Positions 18,414 through 28,233 of a DNA stretch of 50,434 nt are shown piece by piece. The notes beneath the pieces are model-generated. The model was given only the letters and a program-made list of their open reading frames with translations. It did not search any database and was not told the origin of the DNA. The DNA comes from Promethearchaeota archaeon (lineage in GTDB: Archaea; Asgardarchaeota; Lokiarchaeia; Sigyniarchaeales; SOKP01). Every line of letters starts with the position of its first letter. Positions within the stretch are counted from its first letter, which is position 1. Where the stretch lies: positions 1 through 50,434 of the forward strand of contig JAFGGO010000106.1 in the NCBI GenBank assembly GCA_016930515.1, in the 5' to 3' direction. The position numbers and the translations under genes are program-made.

Positions 18414-18959
18414 TTAATCCCAAGAGAATTGATACGAGGTAGCTTCGGCACCTTCCCAGGATTTTTTCAAGATAATGTAAGAAACCTTCTTGCTCGTACA
18501 TAACTCCAAATATCTCTTGGTCCACCCTAACGCAATGTAATAGAAATACTCAAAATCAGGTTCAAAATTAGCGTAGGTTATAATAACGCTATTATCCGAT
18601 AAAAATTCCGATTTTACGTCACCGAAATTAAAAACTAACCTGTGAAAACGGGCGTATTTATCAACGGCTTTTACAATATCGCCATCGACTATAGATCCTC
18701 TATAAATAGAAGTCAGGATAGCTTCACCGTGCTCTTGTCCCCATTTAATTAAAACCTTGGGGTCGCTTTTTCCCTCTATCTTACTCACATGCGTTGCAAT
18801 TTCTTTATACACTTCAAATGGATACCACACCGAATCGAAAATTCTTTCCTTCAATAGTTTTTGTCCCGACACTGTCAATATTTCTTGATAAATTCCCGAC
18901 TTGTTTGCTCGAGCAGGCCTTATAAAGCTTTTCATCATGGAACCTTTTACTTGTTTCAA
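18414..18959 (-). CDS. Hypothetical protein, DUF2378/H-NOX/V4R-like (paralog 1)
   Basis: VKGS, WYPFE, WG...G, GW...LEL and F.W C-terminal pattern. Confidence 0.5.
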   Translation of the reverse strand: MKQVKGSMMKSFIRPARANKSGIYQEILTVSGQKLLKERIFDSVWYPFEVYKEIATHVSKIEGKSDPKVLIKWGQEHGEAILTSIYRGSIVDGDIVKAVDKYARFHRLVFNFGDVKSEFLSDNSVIITYANFEPDFEYFYYIALGWTKRYLELCTSKKVSYIILKKSWEGAEATSYQFSWD

Positions 18960-19156
18960 ATCTTCGAATACTCCTATTATTTATTCAAAATAATATGAAA
19001 TTTTTTTAAATTCTAACAAGAAAATGAAAATCTAATTATTTATACTTAGATCTAATATTAAATAAATCGTGTTAGTATCCATAACAATTTCAAAAATAAA
19101 CTATTTTTCCTGAATTTTAATATCTTTCAATAAAATCGAAATATAGTTTTAAAACA

Positions 19157-19717
19157 TTACCAGGTAAATTGGAACGAGGTGGCATCGGCACCTTCCCATG
19201 ATTTTTTTACTATCTGGTAGTTAATTTTCTTTCCCATACATAATTCAAGATATTTTAACAACCATCCCAACGCAATGTAATGAAAATATTCCCAATCGGG
19301 ATCGAAATCGGCATAAGTTACAATAACATCGTTGTCTCCAATGATTTCATATTTTATTGCCCCAAAAGAAAACACTAGCTTGTGAAATCGAGCGTACTTG
19401 TTTAAAGCGTCTTTAATGCTTCCTTCCACGATCGCACCTTTATAAATCGAGGTCATGATGATTTCGCCAAATTTTTTGCCCCATTCAATGATGATTTTTG
19501 GATTATTTTTTGCCTCGATTTTACATAATGCGTTAAATATATCCTTGTAGGCAGCGTAAGGATACCAAACGGAATCAAAGATCCTTTCCTTCAATATGTT
19601 ATTCGCGGTTTCGGTAAGAATTTCTTGATATATTCCCGTTTTATTTGCCTTTAATGGTTTTATGGTTATTTTAAGCAAGCTACCCTTAATACGCCTTTCA
19701 GTTAATCCCGCTTTCAT
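19157..19717 (-). CDS. Tandem paralog of 18414..18959
   Basis: Shared LKERIFDSVWYP, TSIY.G.IV.G, KYARFH.LVF.FG, KKSWEGA. Confidence 0.6.
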   Translation of the reverse strand: MKAGLTERRIKGSLLKITIKPLKANKTGIYQEILTETANNILKERIFDSVWYPYAAYKDIFNALCKIEAKNNPKIIIEWGKKFGEIIMTSIYKGAIVEGSIKDALNKYARFHKLVFSFGAIKYEIIGDNDVIVTYADFDPDWEYFHYIALGWLLKYLELCMGKKINYQIVKKSWEGADATSFQFTW

Positions 19718-19985
19718 TTTATTACCATTTTACAAAATATATAATATTATCAAAAAAAAGGTATAAATATGAAAATATAAATCTATTTATAATTTAAGGC
19801 AGAGCGTGATAAGATCTTATACAATAAACAATTTTAGTCTAGAATAATCCAATAGTTTAATTTTTAATAATAGCATGAAAATTCTGATTTTCCTCCCTTT
19901 CAATAACTATTTTTTGTTTTATCAATTAGAAATATCTATATATTGAAATGTTGTTTTTGAAAATAAAAAATCTCTTTGATTTAAA

Positions 19986-20801
19986 ATGACTCGACCACTC
20001 TGGTTCGTAAACCTCCTTAAAAAAACCTTTCCTAATGTAAAGCTTATCGCTAGACTCACTAATTTTCCAATTTTGGGAAAGATCATCGACGAACTTCTTT
20101 TCAAGGGGGATGATATCCTCTACTTGCCTTGCGATAAAGTCATTCAAGTGAACAAGAAGATGTCACAACCAGGAGAATTTGTATTACCTTCTCAACTACT
20201 TGAACATTTCGTCAAAAAAGCACACTATCACTGGATCATGGATTTTTGCATCTGCCGCTCAAGCATGGGCTGCAATAATTATCCACAAGAGTTAGGATGC
20301 TTGTTTCTCGGAAAGGCAACTATAGGAATTAACTCTCAATTAGGAAGAATGGTTTCGAAAGAAGAAGCTTTACAACACCTTCAGAAATGCAAGGAGGCGG
20401 GATTAGTACACATGATAGGCAAGAACAGGCTCGATAAACAGTGGTTAGGCGTGAGTCCCGGTGATCAGCTCATGAGTATTTGTAATTGCTGTCCGTGTTG
20501 TTGTTTATGGCGAGTCTCCTCGATAATCCATCCGAAAATCGGTAAGAAAATAAAGAAAATGCCTGGTGTGGAAGTATCAGTGGACGAACGTTGCGTTGGA
20601 TGCGGTATTTGTACTCAAGGGATTTGTTTCGTGAACGCAATCCGTTTGGTGAAGGGAAGGGCCGTAATTGGCGATGAATGCAAGGGATTTGGTCGATGCG
20701 TGAGTGCTTGTCCTCAAGGTGCCATTGAATTAACCTTAAACGACCCTAATTATGTGAAAAAATCTATAAAAAGAATGGAAAGGATCGTGGATGTCGAATG
20801 A
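19986..20801 (+). CDS. Fe-S protein with C-terminal ferredoxin domain
   Basis: CICR...C...C, ICNCCPCCC, CVGCGIC...C, CKGFGRCVSACP. Confidence 0.85.
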   Translation: MTRPLWFVNLLKKTFPNVKLIARLTNFPILGKIIDELLFKGDDILYLPCDKVIQVNKKMSQPGEFVLPSQLLEHFVKKAHYHWIMDFCICRSSMGCNNYPQELGCLFLGKATIGINSQLGRMVSKEEALQHLQKCKEAGLVHMIGKNRLDKQWLGVSPGDQLMSICNCCPCCCLWRVSSIIHPKIGKKIKKMPGVEVSVDERCVGCGICTQGICFVNAIRLVKGRAVIGDECKGFGRCVSACPQGAIELTLNDPNYVKKSIKRMERIVDVE

Positions 20802-20805
20802 GGTT

Positions 20806-22248
20806 CTATTTTTCCCAAAAAAGGTTACTTTTCTTCAAGTTATTCACGCGACTGCGCAATTTTAGCGCGGAAGCAGCTTGAACGACTTCTTTTATGCTGT
20901 GAAACACGGGAATGTTCGCAATTTCGAGCGATTCAATGATTAACGAGTATTTAGGAACGTAAGGTATAAAACAGATCACGGGTTTTTTTTTAGCCGTGAT
21001 GATGTTAGCAAGGCGTCTACCTATCTGAAACGAGATGTTAGGAGGATAAGGCAACAACAAGAGCAAAATGCATTCGATCCTTTGAATGTCGGAAAGCACC
21101 CTGACTTGGTTCTCTATATCAGTATCCAGAACTGATCCTGTAAGATCGATGGGATTGTTAAAAGACGCAATTTCTTGCGCAATAGGATTCATGTTTTCTT
21201 TTAAAAGGTCTTTTTCTTCTTCGGTAAATTCAACTGCATTAAGTCCGTACTTTCCTATCAAGTCGGCACATATAACGCCGTGACCTCCAGATACAGACAA
21301 GATTGCCACATTTCCGTAAACAATGGTGTTGTTTCCGAACGGTTTCTTACGCTGCGAAAGAACATCATAAACTTTCAAATAGGTCAAGAGTTCGCTTTCC
21401 GATTTAGCTTGTATGACGAAATGTTGTTTCAAAGCGGCCGAAAGTATTTTTAAATTTCCGGCAAGCGATGCAGTATGAGATTGCGTTGCGATCCTTCCCT
21501 GCTTGGTCACGCCACCAAAGAATGTAATGACGGTGTCTTCCGCCTTTTTAGCGAGCTTGAGGAACTCGCGAGCTCTCTTATCCTTGAAACCCTCCAAGTA
21601 GAACGCAATATTAGATGTCTCGTCGTCGACCGTGCCAAAATATTCCAGCAACATGGTCTCGTCAACGACGGCCCGGTTACCAATAGAGACCGCAGTGGAT
21701 ACTCCGATGTTCCTTTCCTTAAACTTGACGAAGAATTGATCCACTAACACGCCTCCAGATTGGCTAATCAAGGCCACCGAACCCTTGGGAGGGCGCGTGA
21801 TTCGCTCGGTTGGCAAGAATATCGTATCCATTATAGGGGGTGAGTATATCCCTACACAATTGGGACCAATGACCGCAATATCGTTGTCAAAAGCTATTTT
21901 TTGAAGCTGGTCTTGTCTTTTTATTCCTTCGCCTCCAATTTCTGCAAAACCACCACCAATGATGATGCTCGATGGAATGCCAAGATCTGCGCATTGCTTG
22001 ATGTAATTAATCGTGTCATCAGCACCTACTGCGATGACTAAAACATCAGGGATTTCGGGCAATTCGTCCAATCGAGAATACAATTGAACACCCTCCAATT
22101 CACCACCCTCTGGATGAATTCCGTATACTTTAACTTGGAGCTCAAATTCGTTTTTCAACAAGATAATCCTTCCAGGACTGAGGGGATTTTTTTTGCTGAT
22201 ACCCACCACACCCATCGATTTTGGTTTGAATAATTTCTGTAAATCCAC
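20806..22248 (-). CDS. acdA: Acyl-CoA synthetase (ADP-forming), alpha subunit
   Basis: LFKPKS, GGFAE, IGPNCVG, ISQSGG, SHTASLAG (phospho-His), NNPIDLTG. Confidence 0.88.
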   Translation of the reverse strand: MDLQKLFKPKSMGVVGISKKNPLSPGRIILLKNEFELQVKVYGIHPEGGELEGVQLYSRLDELPEIPDVLVIAVGADDTINYIKQCADLGIPSSIIIGGGFAEIGGEGIKRQDQLQKIAFDNDIAVIGPNCVGIYSPPIMDTIFLPTERITRPPKGSVALISQSGGVLVDQFFVKFKERNIGVSTAVSIGNRAVVDETMLLEYFGTVDDETSNIAFYLEGFKDKRAREFLKLAKKAEDTVITFFGGVTKQGRIATQSHTASLAGNLKILSAALKQHFVIQAKSESELLTYLKVYDVLSQRKKPFGNNTIVYGNVAILSVSGGHGVICADLIGKYGLNAVEFTEEEKDLLKENMNPIAQEIASFNNPIDLTGSVLDTDIENQVRVLSDIQRIECILLLLLPYPPNISFQIGRRLANIITAKKKPVICFIPYVPKYSLIIESLEIANIPVFHSIKEVVQAASALKLRSRVNNLKKSNLFWEK

Positions 22249-22387
22249 TCTTCTACTTCACATCACGAGTTATATTTATTTTAAATAGCTTTCTTAATCA
22301 GTTTGAAATTAACTTATTTCATAAGTAAGATGGCTCGTTATTAAAATTAATTCATTTTGTATAAAAAAAAATAGTATTAGTGAAAAC

Positions 22388-22846
22388 TCACTTGAATTTA
22401 ACTCCACAACAATCGCATAACTCGTCTAATTTATCGATGTAGTTAAGCATCGAGCGGAACCATTTTTCCAACAAGCTCTTGAGTTGTTTTTTAATTAAAT
22501 CCACATCTCGTGCGTTATAAACATAAACGTAACCTTTCTTCTTACTGGCGATCAATTTCTTTTTTTCTGCGAAGTCTTTCATCGAAAGCAAGTCCCGCTT
22601 AATAATGTTCAAATTCGAAAGCGATTGAAGCGCTCGTTGAATGGAACTTCTATCTAATTCGAGTTTTTCAGTGAGTTCAATTGTGCTTGCATCTTCGTTA
22701 TTGATAATATAGGCAAGTACCTTGGATTCCGTTTGGTTCAAGCCCATAATGCATTTAAACAAGCGAGAACTTGAGAATGTTTCCTTTCTTTCTAAGGCTT
22801 CGTCAATGTCCTTGAAGTCGCTTGCAAACTTATCAAGAATTTCCAT
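22388..22846 (-). CDS. Small wHTH transcriptional regulator (TrmB/MarR-like) with C-terminal Cys cluster
   Basis: KCIMGLNQTE...LELDRSSIQRAL...GYVYVY; ends CDCCG. Confidence 0.8.
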   Translation of the reverse strand: MEILDKFASDFKDIDEALERKETFSSSRLFKCIMGLNQTESKVLAYIINNEDASTIELTEKLELDRSSIQRALQSLSNLNIIKRDLLSMKDFAEKKKLIASKKKGYVYVYNARDVDLIKKQLKSLLEKWFRSMLNYIDKLDELCDCCGVKFK

Positions 22847-22886
22847 GTTTTCTCACTTTTTTATAAAATAATAGTTAAAAAATAAA

Positions 22887-23303
22887 TTATTTAGACGATT
22901 TGATAATTTCAAGTTTTTGCCTTAACATGTCTTCGCTGAGAGCACCTACCGCTTGAGTTATAACGGAACCATTCCTGACAAAAAGCGTGGTTGGCACGCC
23001 AGTTATTTGGTATCGCCTGGCTATCGCCACATTTTCGTCCACATCAACTTTTGCGAATATAAAATCTTTCGAATAATCCGCCGCTACTTTTTCAAATATT
23101 GGACCATAAAATCGGCATGGACCACACCAGACGGCAGTGAAATCAATCAATATTGTCTTGTTAGGATTGTCTTTCAATAATTTGGTATATTCATCTTCCG
23201 TGTGCAACTTCACAATACCCGTAGGGGCTTTTTTGGTGGATTTAAATAGACTTTCTGCCTTTTTCATCCGTAATGCTTCCAATTCTGGGTCAATTTCTTC
23301 CAT
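22887..23303 (-). CDS. trxA: Thioredoxin
   Basis: DFTAVWCGPC, KVDVDEN, GVPT. Confidence 0.95.
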   Translation of the reverse strand: MEEIDPELEALRMKKAESLFKSTKKAPTGIVKLHTEDEYTKLLKDNPNKTILIDFTAVWCGPCRFYGPIFEKVAADYSKDFIFAKVDVDENVAIARRYQITGVPTTLFVRNGSVITQAVGALSEDMLRQKLEIIKSSK

Positions 23304-23635
23304 TTTTAATCACTCCATATAATTTTTAGTCGTGTGAAAATATTTCATAACTTAATTATATGAAGTTTACTTCCCTATAAAAAGGTGATTATTATGCGAA
23401 AAAAATCACTACTTATTCTAAGAAAATTGTTGATGTCAAATTTTGGTCCTTATTAATTTACATATTCATAAGGGCTCTAATTATATAACCAAAATCAGGA
23501 ATCTTTCACAGGTAAGATATCTTTAACAAAATTTTTAGAAGATGTCCTCGATTAAAATATGGCAAAGAAAGACAATGATAATTAAGTAAACCATAAAAAA
23601 ACGATAAGATAAGACTCTAATATTAGAATTAAAAC

Positions 23636-23680
23636 ACAGGAGGAAAATTTTATTTTATCTCCTGTTTTTTATTTTTTTTT
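23636..23680 (+). terminator. Hairpin followed by a long T-run in a 515-bp intergenic region
   Basis: ACAGGAG(23636-42)...CTCCTGT(23659-65) followed by TTTTTATTTTTTTTT. Confidence 0.35.
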
Positions 23681-23818
23681 GGTGGGTAGACTTCGAACCT
23701 TTATTGAGTTAACACCTTAAAATTGCAAGGATTAAAAAAGGTAAAAAAGAAATAAATTTTCGAGGATGATTATTTCGACAATCGGGCCATTTTATGTTGT
23801 GCTGGAGGGAATTTGGGC

Positions 23819-24793
23819 TCAGAAATCGTATCCACAGCGCTTGCAAACTCTTTTCTTCGCATACATGGGAATATGCCCGACATAACTTAGCACTTTTGAC
23901 TTGTCCTCTTCCACTCGTATGTCTTGTCCTACAGCACCGCACATTGGACATGTAATTCGTTCTTCTGCGAAAAACCCTCCAGATCCAATTTCGGGAGGAC
24001 GCATTTCGCTCAGTTCTGATTCGAGATCTTCCATGGTTTTTGCTTGCTCGTCAAGAAGAGCCTCTTTTTCGGAGAGTGTATTATTAAGCTCAACGATTTG
24101 ATTGTTTAAATCTACAATCTGATCGTTTAACAAAGACTTTTCTTCTTGTTCTCTATTTATTTGATCGTTCAAGCTAGCGATTTTGGATTCGAGATCCTGA
24201 ATCGTTGCAGTTTTATCCCCTATTTCACTTTCGAATCCTGCTATTTGGGAATTTTTTTCGCCAATTTGACCATCCTTTGATTGAATATCGGATTTTAGCG
24301 AGTTAATTTCTTCTTCCTTTGTCTTTATAGAGTCTTCGAGTTCATTGATTTTCGCGTTAAGTCCTTCCACGGTTTGATTCGCTTTCTCGATTTCTCCTTC
24401 TTTTGTTTTAACTGTTTCTTCAAGTTCTCCAATCTTGGAATTGGCAGCGGCTATATCGGACTTCAAACTCGCAATTTCGGTGTTTAAAGACTCAATTTCC
24501 ATGTTTTTTTCGCCCTCTTTTGCGGCGGCGTTTGAGGATGTTTCTTCTAATTTCTTTTTAGTTTGCTCGTGCCCCGATTTCTCGTTTTCGAGAGATTTCT
24601 TGGTTCCCTCGAGTTCTTTAGTAGTTGATGCAAGTGTGTCTTCCGTTTCAACCAATTTTTTTTTTAAATCGGACAGTTGCTTTTCTAAATCGTTAACTTT
24701 TGCTCGCAAGTCGAGTAGAAATTTTCCTTCCACGGATATTTTCTTTTCAGGCTTATCTTCTGCTTTTGACCAATCAATTGACATGCTTGTCAC
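23819..24793 (-). CDS. Long coiled-coil protein with C-terminal zinc ribbon
   Basis: About 250 aa of heptad repeats, then CPMCG...CKRCG. Confidence 0.85.
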   Translation of the reverse strand: MTSMSIDWSKAEDKPEKKISVEGKFLLDLRAKVNDLEKQLSDLKKKLVETEDTLASTTKELEGTKKSLENEKSGHEQTKKKLEETSSNAAAKEGEKNMEIESLNTEIASLKSDIAAANSKIGELEETVKTKEGEIEKANQTVEGLNAKINELEDSIKTKEEEINSLKSDIQSKDGQIGEKNSQIAGFESEIGDKTATIQDLESKIASLNDQINREQEEKSLLNDQIVDLNNQIVELNNTLSEKEALLDEQAKTMEDLESELSEMRPPEIGSGGFFAEERITCPMCGAVGQDIRVEEDKSKVLSYVGHIPMYAKKRVCKRCGYDF

Positions 24794-24983
24794 CTAAAAG
24801 TGAGTAATTTCTCAATGTTATGATAATAAGAAATGAATGTTTTTTTTATTTTGTTATTTATATGATATATTATAACATGTTCTTTTATATTTATGCAATA
24901 AATAAAACCTCGCAAAACGCAGTCACGCATGGTTATAAAGCCGTTCCCTGCTAAAAATAAATAATTGGGGTTCGTGAAACGAA

Positions 24984-25838
24984 ATGCAATCGATTGATAA
25001 AACAGAGCAACCAGAATTCCTTTCTACTTCAGGAGCGTATAAAATACCCTTTACTTTTGTGGTTCTTTTGCAACTCCTGTTCGGTGGATTAGTATTAATA
25101 GCAATTAATTTGTGGTTTTTCAATCATATTTACATATTATTAACGGGAAATGCTTTTTATTCGTTCGAACGCACCGCTTATTGGTGGGAATGGTTATTGT
25201 TTCCTTTAAATGTGTACGGGAATTTCTATTTATTCTCATTTTCAATCATTGCGTTTTCAGCCTTAATAAACACGGTTTTAAACAAATTATCCCCCCCCCA
25301 GGAAGGTGTCTTTGAAAGAGGAAGCAAGGATTGGAAATACGCGCATAGAAGATTTTGGACCGCTTATTTTCCAATCTGGTTAGTAAGAGCGCTTCCATTA
25401 CCTTGGTTGGATATCGCCGCGTATAAATTCTTTGGAGTACGCATTGGGAGAGCGGTGGTAGCCTACGAGGGCTATATCGATCCTCTATTTGTAGAAATTG
25501 GCGATCAGACCATGACTTCGCTTCACATTTGTATTTTTTCTCACCTTATTTATCACGACAAGATGATCATTAAAAAAGTTAAAGTAGGTGAGAATTGCAT
25601 TGTAGGACCCCATTCAATCTTGTTCCCGGGAACTATAATGAAAGATAACGCCATTATTGGAGCAAATAGTTATACAAAGATTGATCAAGTATTGGAAGGG
25701 AATCTCATCCACATAGGAAAACCAGCTACCACCCAACTTAGCATTCAATCGAGTGAAAGCACCAGAAAGAAATTAGTTGGAACTCGATCAAAATTATCCT
25801 CCCTTGGAAACAATAAAGACGACAAAAAAGAGGTTTAA
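24984..25838 (+). CDS. Membrane protein with left-handed beta-helix (acyltransferase-like) domain
   Basis: Two TM segments, P.EG.F, KFFGVRIG, VEIGD, VGENCIVG..SILFPGT. Confidence 0.8.
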   Translation: MQSIDKTEQPEFLSTSGAYKIPFTFVVLLQLLFGGLVLIAINLWFFNHIYILLTGNAFYSFERTAYWWEWLLFPLNVYGNFYLFSFSIIAFSALINTVLNKLSPPQEGVFERGSKDWKYAHRRFWTAYFPIWLVRALPLPWLDIAAYKFFGVRIGRAVVAYEGYIDPLFVEIGDQTMTSLHICIFSHLIYHDKMIIKKVKVGENCIVGPHSILFPGTIMKDNAIIGANSYTKIDQVLEGNLIHIGKPATTQLSIQSSESTRKKLVGTRSKLSSLGNNKDDKKEV

Positions 25839-25842
25839 AGAA

Positions 25843-26592
25843 ATGTTTCAGCCCGCAAGCTTGAAAGGCGAGTCTCCCGTTCCCATTGACGAAAGAATTA
25901 GAAAAAAATACATTTTTCTTTATTTCATTATCATCATCTTAAGTTTCATACCTTGTAGCCTGTTTGAATACATCTATTTTCTCTTTTTATTTAGCGAACA
26001 ATTAATTTGGTTATTTTTTTTATTGTTTCCTTTTAATATCGTCGTCCTTATTTATGCGCTTCAGTTCAGCGCTACACTCGTGTCAGCACTCTTTCTTATC
26101 GTTATTAATACAATTTTCCGACCGAAAGAAGGCGTATTTCATCGAGATCCTAAGGATAAGAATTATCTATTTTGGAACTTGAGAAATCTCGTGAAAAAAT
26201 GGCCACTTTATGTCATGGCATCAAATCCTTTTCCTTGGTTAAAGCATCGCGCAACTCTAAGATTTTTTGGGGTTAAAATTGGTAAACATTGCATGTGTGA
26301 CAATTGCTGGATATCGTCAGAATTTGTTTCGATAGGCAAGAATTGTATCATAGGAGTTAGCAGTGTCATAGTTAGTTTTGGCGTGGAAGCAGAAACTTTT
26401 TTACTGAAGAAAATAATAATTGAAGATAATGTTGCTTTAGGTGCAAAATCCGTAATATTACCGGGAACAACCATAAAGCACGACGCCAAGCTTTCAGCCT
26501 ATTCTAGCACGGACTACGAGGATGTTTTGGAAGAAAACTTGGTATACAATGGAACACCCGCAAGTATAAAAGAAGAAGATAAAATAAATTGA
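25843..26592 (+). CDS. Second membrane LbH acyltransferase-like paralog
   Basis: Same layout: TMs, PKEGVF, RFFGVKIG, IGKNCIIG, ILPGT, G.PA. Likely start is ATG 25843 after GAGG. Confidence 0.8.
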   Translation: MFQPASLKGESPVPIDERIRKKYIFLYFIIIILSFIPCSLFEYIYFLFLFSEQLIWLFFLLFPFNIVVLIYALQFSATLVSALFLIVINTIFRPKEGVFHRDPKDKNYLFWNLRNLVKKWPLYVMASNPFPWLKHRATLRFFGVKIGKHCMCDNCWISSEFVSIGKNCIIGVSSVIVSFGVEAETFLLKKIIIEDNVALGAKSVILPGTTIKHDAKLSAYSSTDYEDVLEENLVYNGTPASIKEEDKIN

Positions 26593-28175
26593 TTGATACA
26601 TCAGTAAAAATAGATAAAAAGATCGAAAAATCGAAAAGATTTGTAATTGTATCCGATACCCATATCACGCCATCTGGCACAGAGTTTAACGAAAAAGTAT
26701 TCAATAAAGGAATTCAAAGGATTAACGCCATAAAAGACGTAACCCTTTACTTACATTTAGGAGATGTCACGCAATCAGGAACCTTACTCGATTACGATTT
26801 CGCCTATGAACAAAGTCAAAAGTTTAAACCAGCGAGTGTTGCCCCTATAGAGTATTTAATAGGAAATCACGACGCATTAAACGTGGGATACCTGTTATTC
26901 GAGGAAATATTTGGAAAAAGGCATTTTGAGTACGAAGATTCTCAGATATATGTGATAGGCATTGACAGCACTAAGCCAGATTTGGGAGGTGGCATCATTC
27001 ACCACGCAACCATTGAAGCCGTAAAAAAAAGGCTTGCACAACCCGAAAGGCAAGATAAACTCAAGATCGTATGTTTTCATCACCAACTCATCCCAATACC
27101 AAAGACCGGTAAGGAGCGGTCAGCTATAGACGATTCAGGTAACATGCTCAAGATGTTGCTTGATCAAAAAGCAGATTTGATTTTAAACGGTCATCGCCAC
27201 ATTTCTAACCTATATACATTGAGTAGCTGCGATAAAGACATGTATGTCTTTAATGCAGGTACCTTTTGTTGCAATAAAACCAGATATCGCGAGTTATTCA
27301 CCTACTCTGTAATTGATATTTTAGACAACAAGCTCAATTTTAAAATCATTCCCGTATTAGAACCCGAGTTTAAAAAGGAAATTCATAGAAAAATCTACTA
27401 TTACAAGCCAAGAGAAGTTGATAAAAACGAAAAACCCTATTGTAAATTCGTTCAAATGTCGCATTCATTGATTTCTGAAAACGAGGAGGATAAGAAAACT
27501 AATCTAGACATTGCTATTGAAAAAATAAACGAAATTGAAGGCTTAGATTTAGTTGTACATTGTGGTAACTTGACTAATAATAGTTACGATACCGAATTTA
27601 AGATTGCTAGAGATAAATTAAACGCTTTAAATCATCCCTACTTAGTAGTACCAGGATTTACGGATTCAAAGCCACCTGCATGGTCTTTATGGGACAAGTA
27701 TTTCGGCCCCTTGAATCCTCTGTTCGAAAACGAAAAGATTTATTTCCAAGGATTTGACTCCACGACTCCCGATTCTAACATTGGATTCATTGGAAGAAAA
27801 AAATTATCGCGCTTTTTGAACTGCGTCTTAAACTTGAGTCACCAAAAGATTTTTGGGGCTTGTTGCTTTCACAACCTGATTCCGACTCCTTTAAGCGTGT
27901 GGAGGACCGAATTAATGGATTCTGGAGATGCCTTGTCCCAGTTTTCTCGATCTCAGATATCCCTCGTTTTTAACAGTACGCCAAGCATTTCCTTTAACGT
28001 AAAGATAGAAAACACCATTTTTTCTAACGGGGGAAGCCTTGATGGAGGCCGATTTGAACCTTCGTTCTTAGAAATTTCAATATATAACGACGGTCTCACT
28101 GTAATATCTGAAAATTCGTTGCGATCTGACAAGAAAAAAACCATCGGAAAGTATACAATTGAAATATTAAAGTGA
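26589..28175 (+). CDS. Tandem metallophosphoesterase (calcineurin-like), second domain degenerate
   Basis: Domain 1: SDTH, GDVT, GNHD, HH, GHRH. Domain 2: SHSL, GNLT, GFTD, FHN. Confidence 0.85.
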   Translation: MIDTSVKIDKKIEKSKRFVIVSDTHITPSGTEFNEKVFNKGIQRINAIKDVTLYLHLGDVTQSGTLLDYDFAYEQSQKFKPASVAPIEYLIGNHDALNVGYLLFEEIFGKRHFEYEDSQIYVIGIDSTKPDLGGGIIHHATIEAVKKRLAQPERQDKLKIVCFHHQLIPIPKTGKERSAIDDSGNMLKMLLDQKADLILNGHRHISNLYTLSSCDKDMYVFNAGTFCCNKTRYRELFTYSVIDILDNKLNFKIIPVLEPEFKKEIHRKIYYYKPREVDKNEKPYCKFVQMSHSLISENEEDKKTNLDIAIEKINEIEGLDLVVHCGNLTNNSYDTEFKIARDKLNALNHPYLVVPGFTDSKPPAWSLWDKYFGPLNPLFENEKIYFQGFDSTTPDSNIGFIGRKKLSRFLNCVLNLSHQKIFGACCFHNLIPTPLSVWRTELMDSGDALSQFSRSQISLVFNSTPSISFNVKIENTIFSNGGSLDGGRFEPSFLEISIYNDGLTVISENSLRSDKKKTIGKYTIEILK

Positions 28176-28233
28176 ACTTTTTTTTCAAGCTAGCCTTATG
28201 AATAATAAAAAGTAACATTCTCGAATTGATCTA

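Noticed and set aside
23680-23702. Minus-strand AGGTTCGAAGTCTACCCACCA resembling a tRNA 3' end or att site
   Set aside because: The T-stem does not pair beyond 3 bp, there is no upstream cloverleaf, and it does not match the tRNA-Ser in this window
23709-23951. Alternate-frame ORF or selenocysteine readthrough after the zinc-ribbon gene's TGA
   Set aside because: The protein ends naturally at CGYDF; no Cys-aligned in-frame TGA or convincing SECIS was seen in the window
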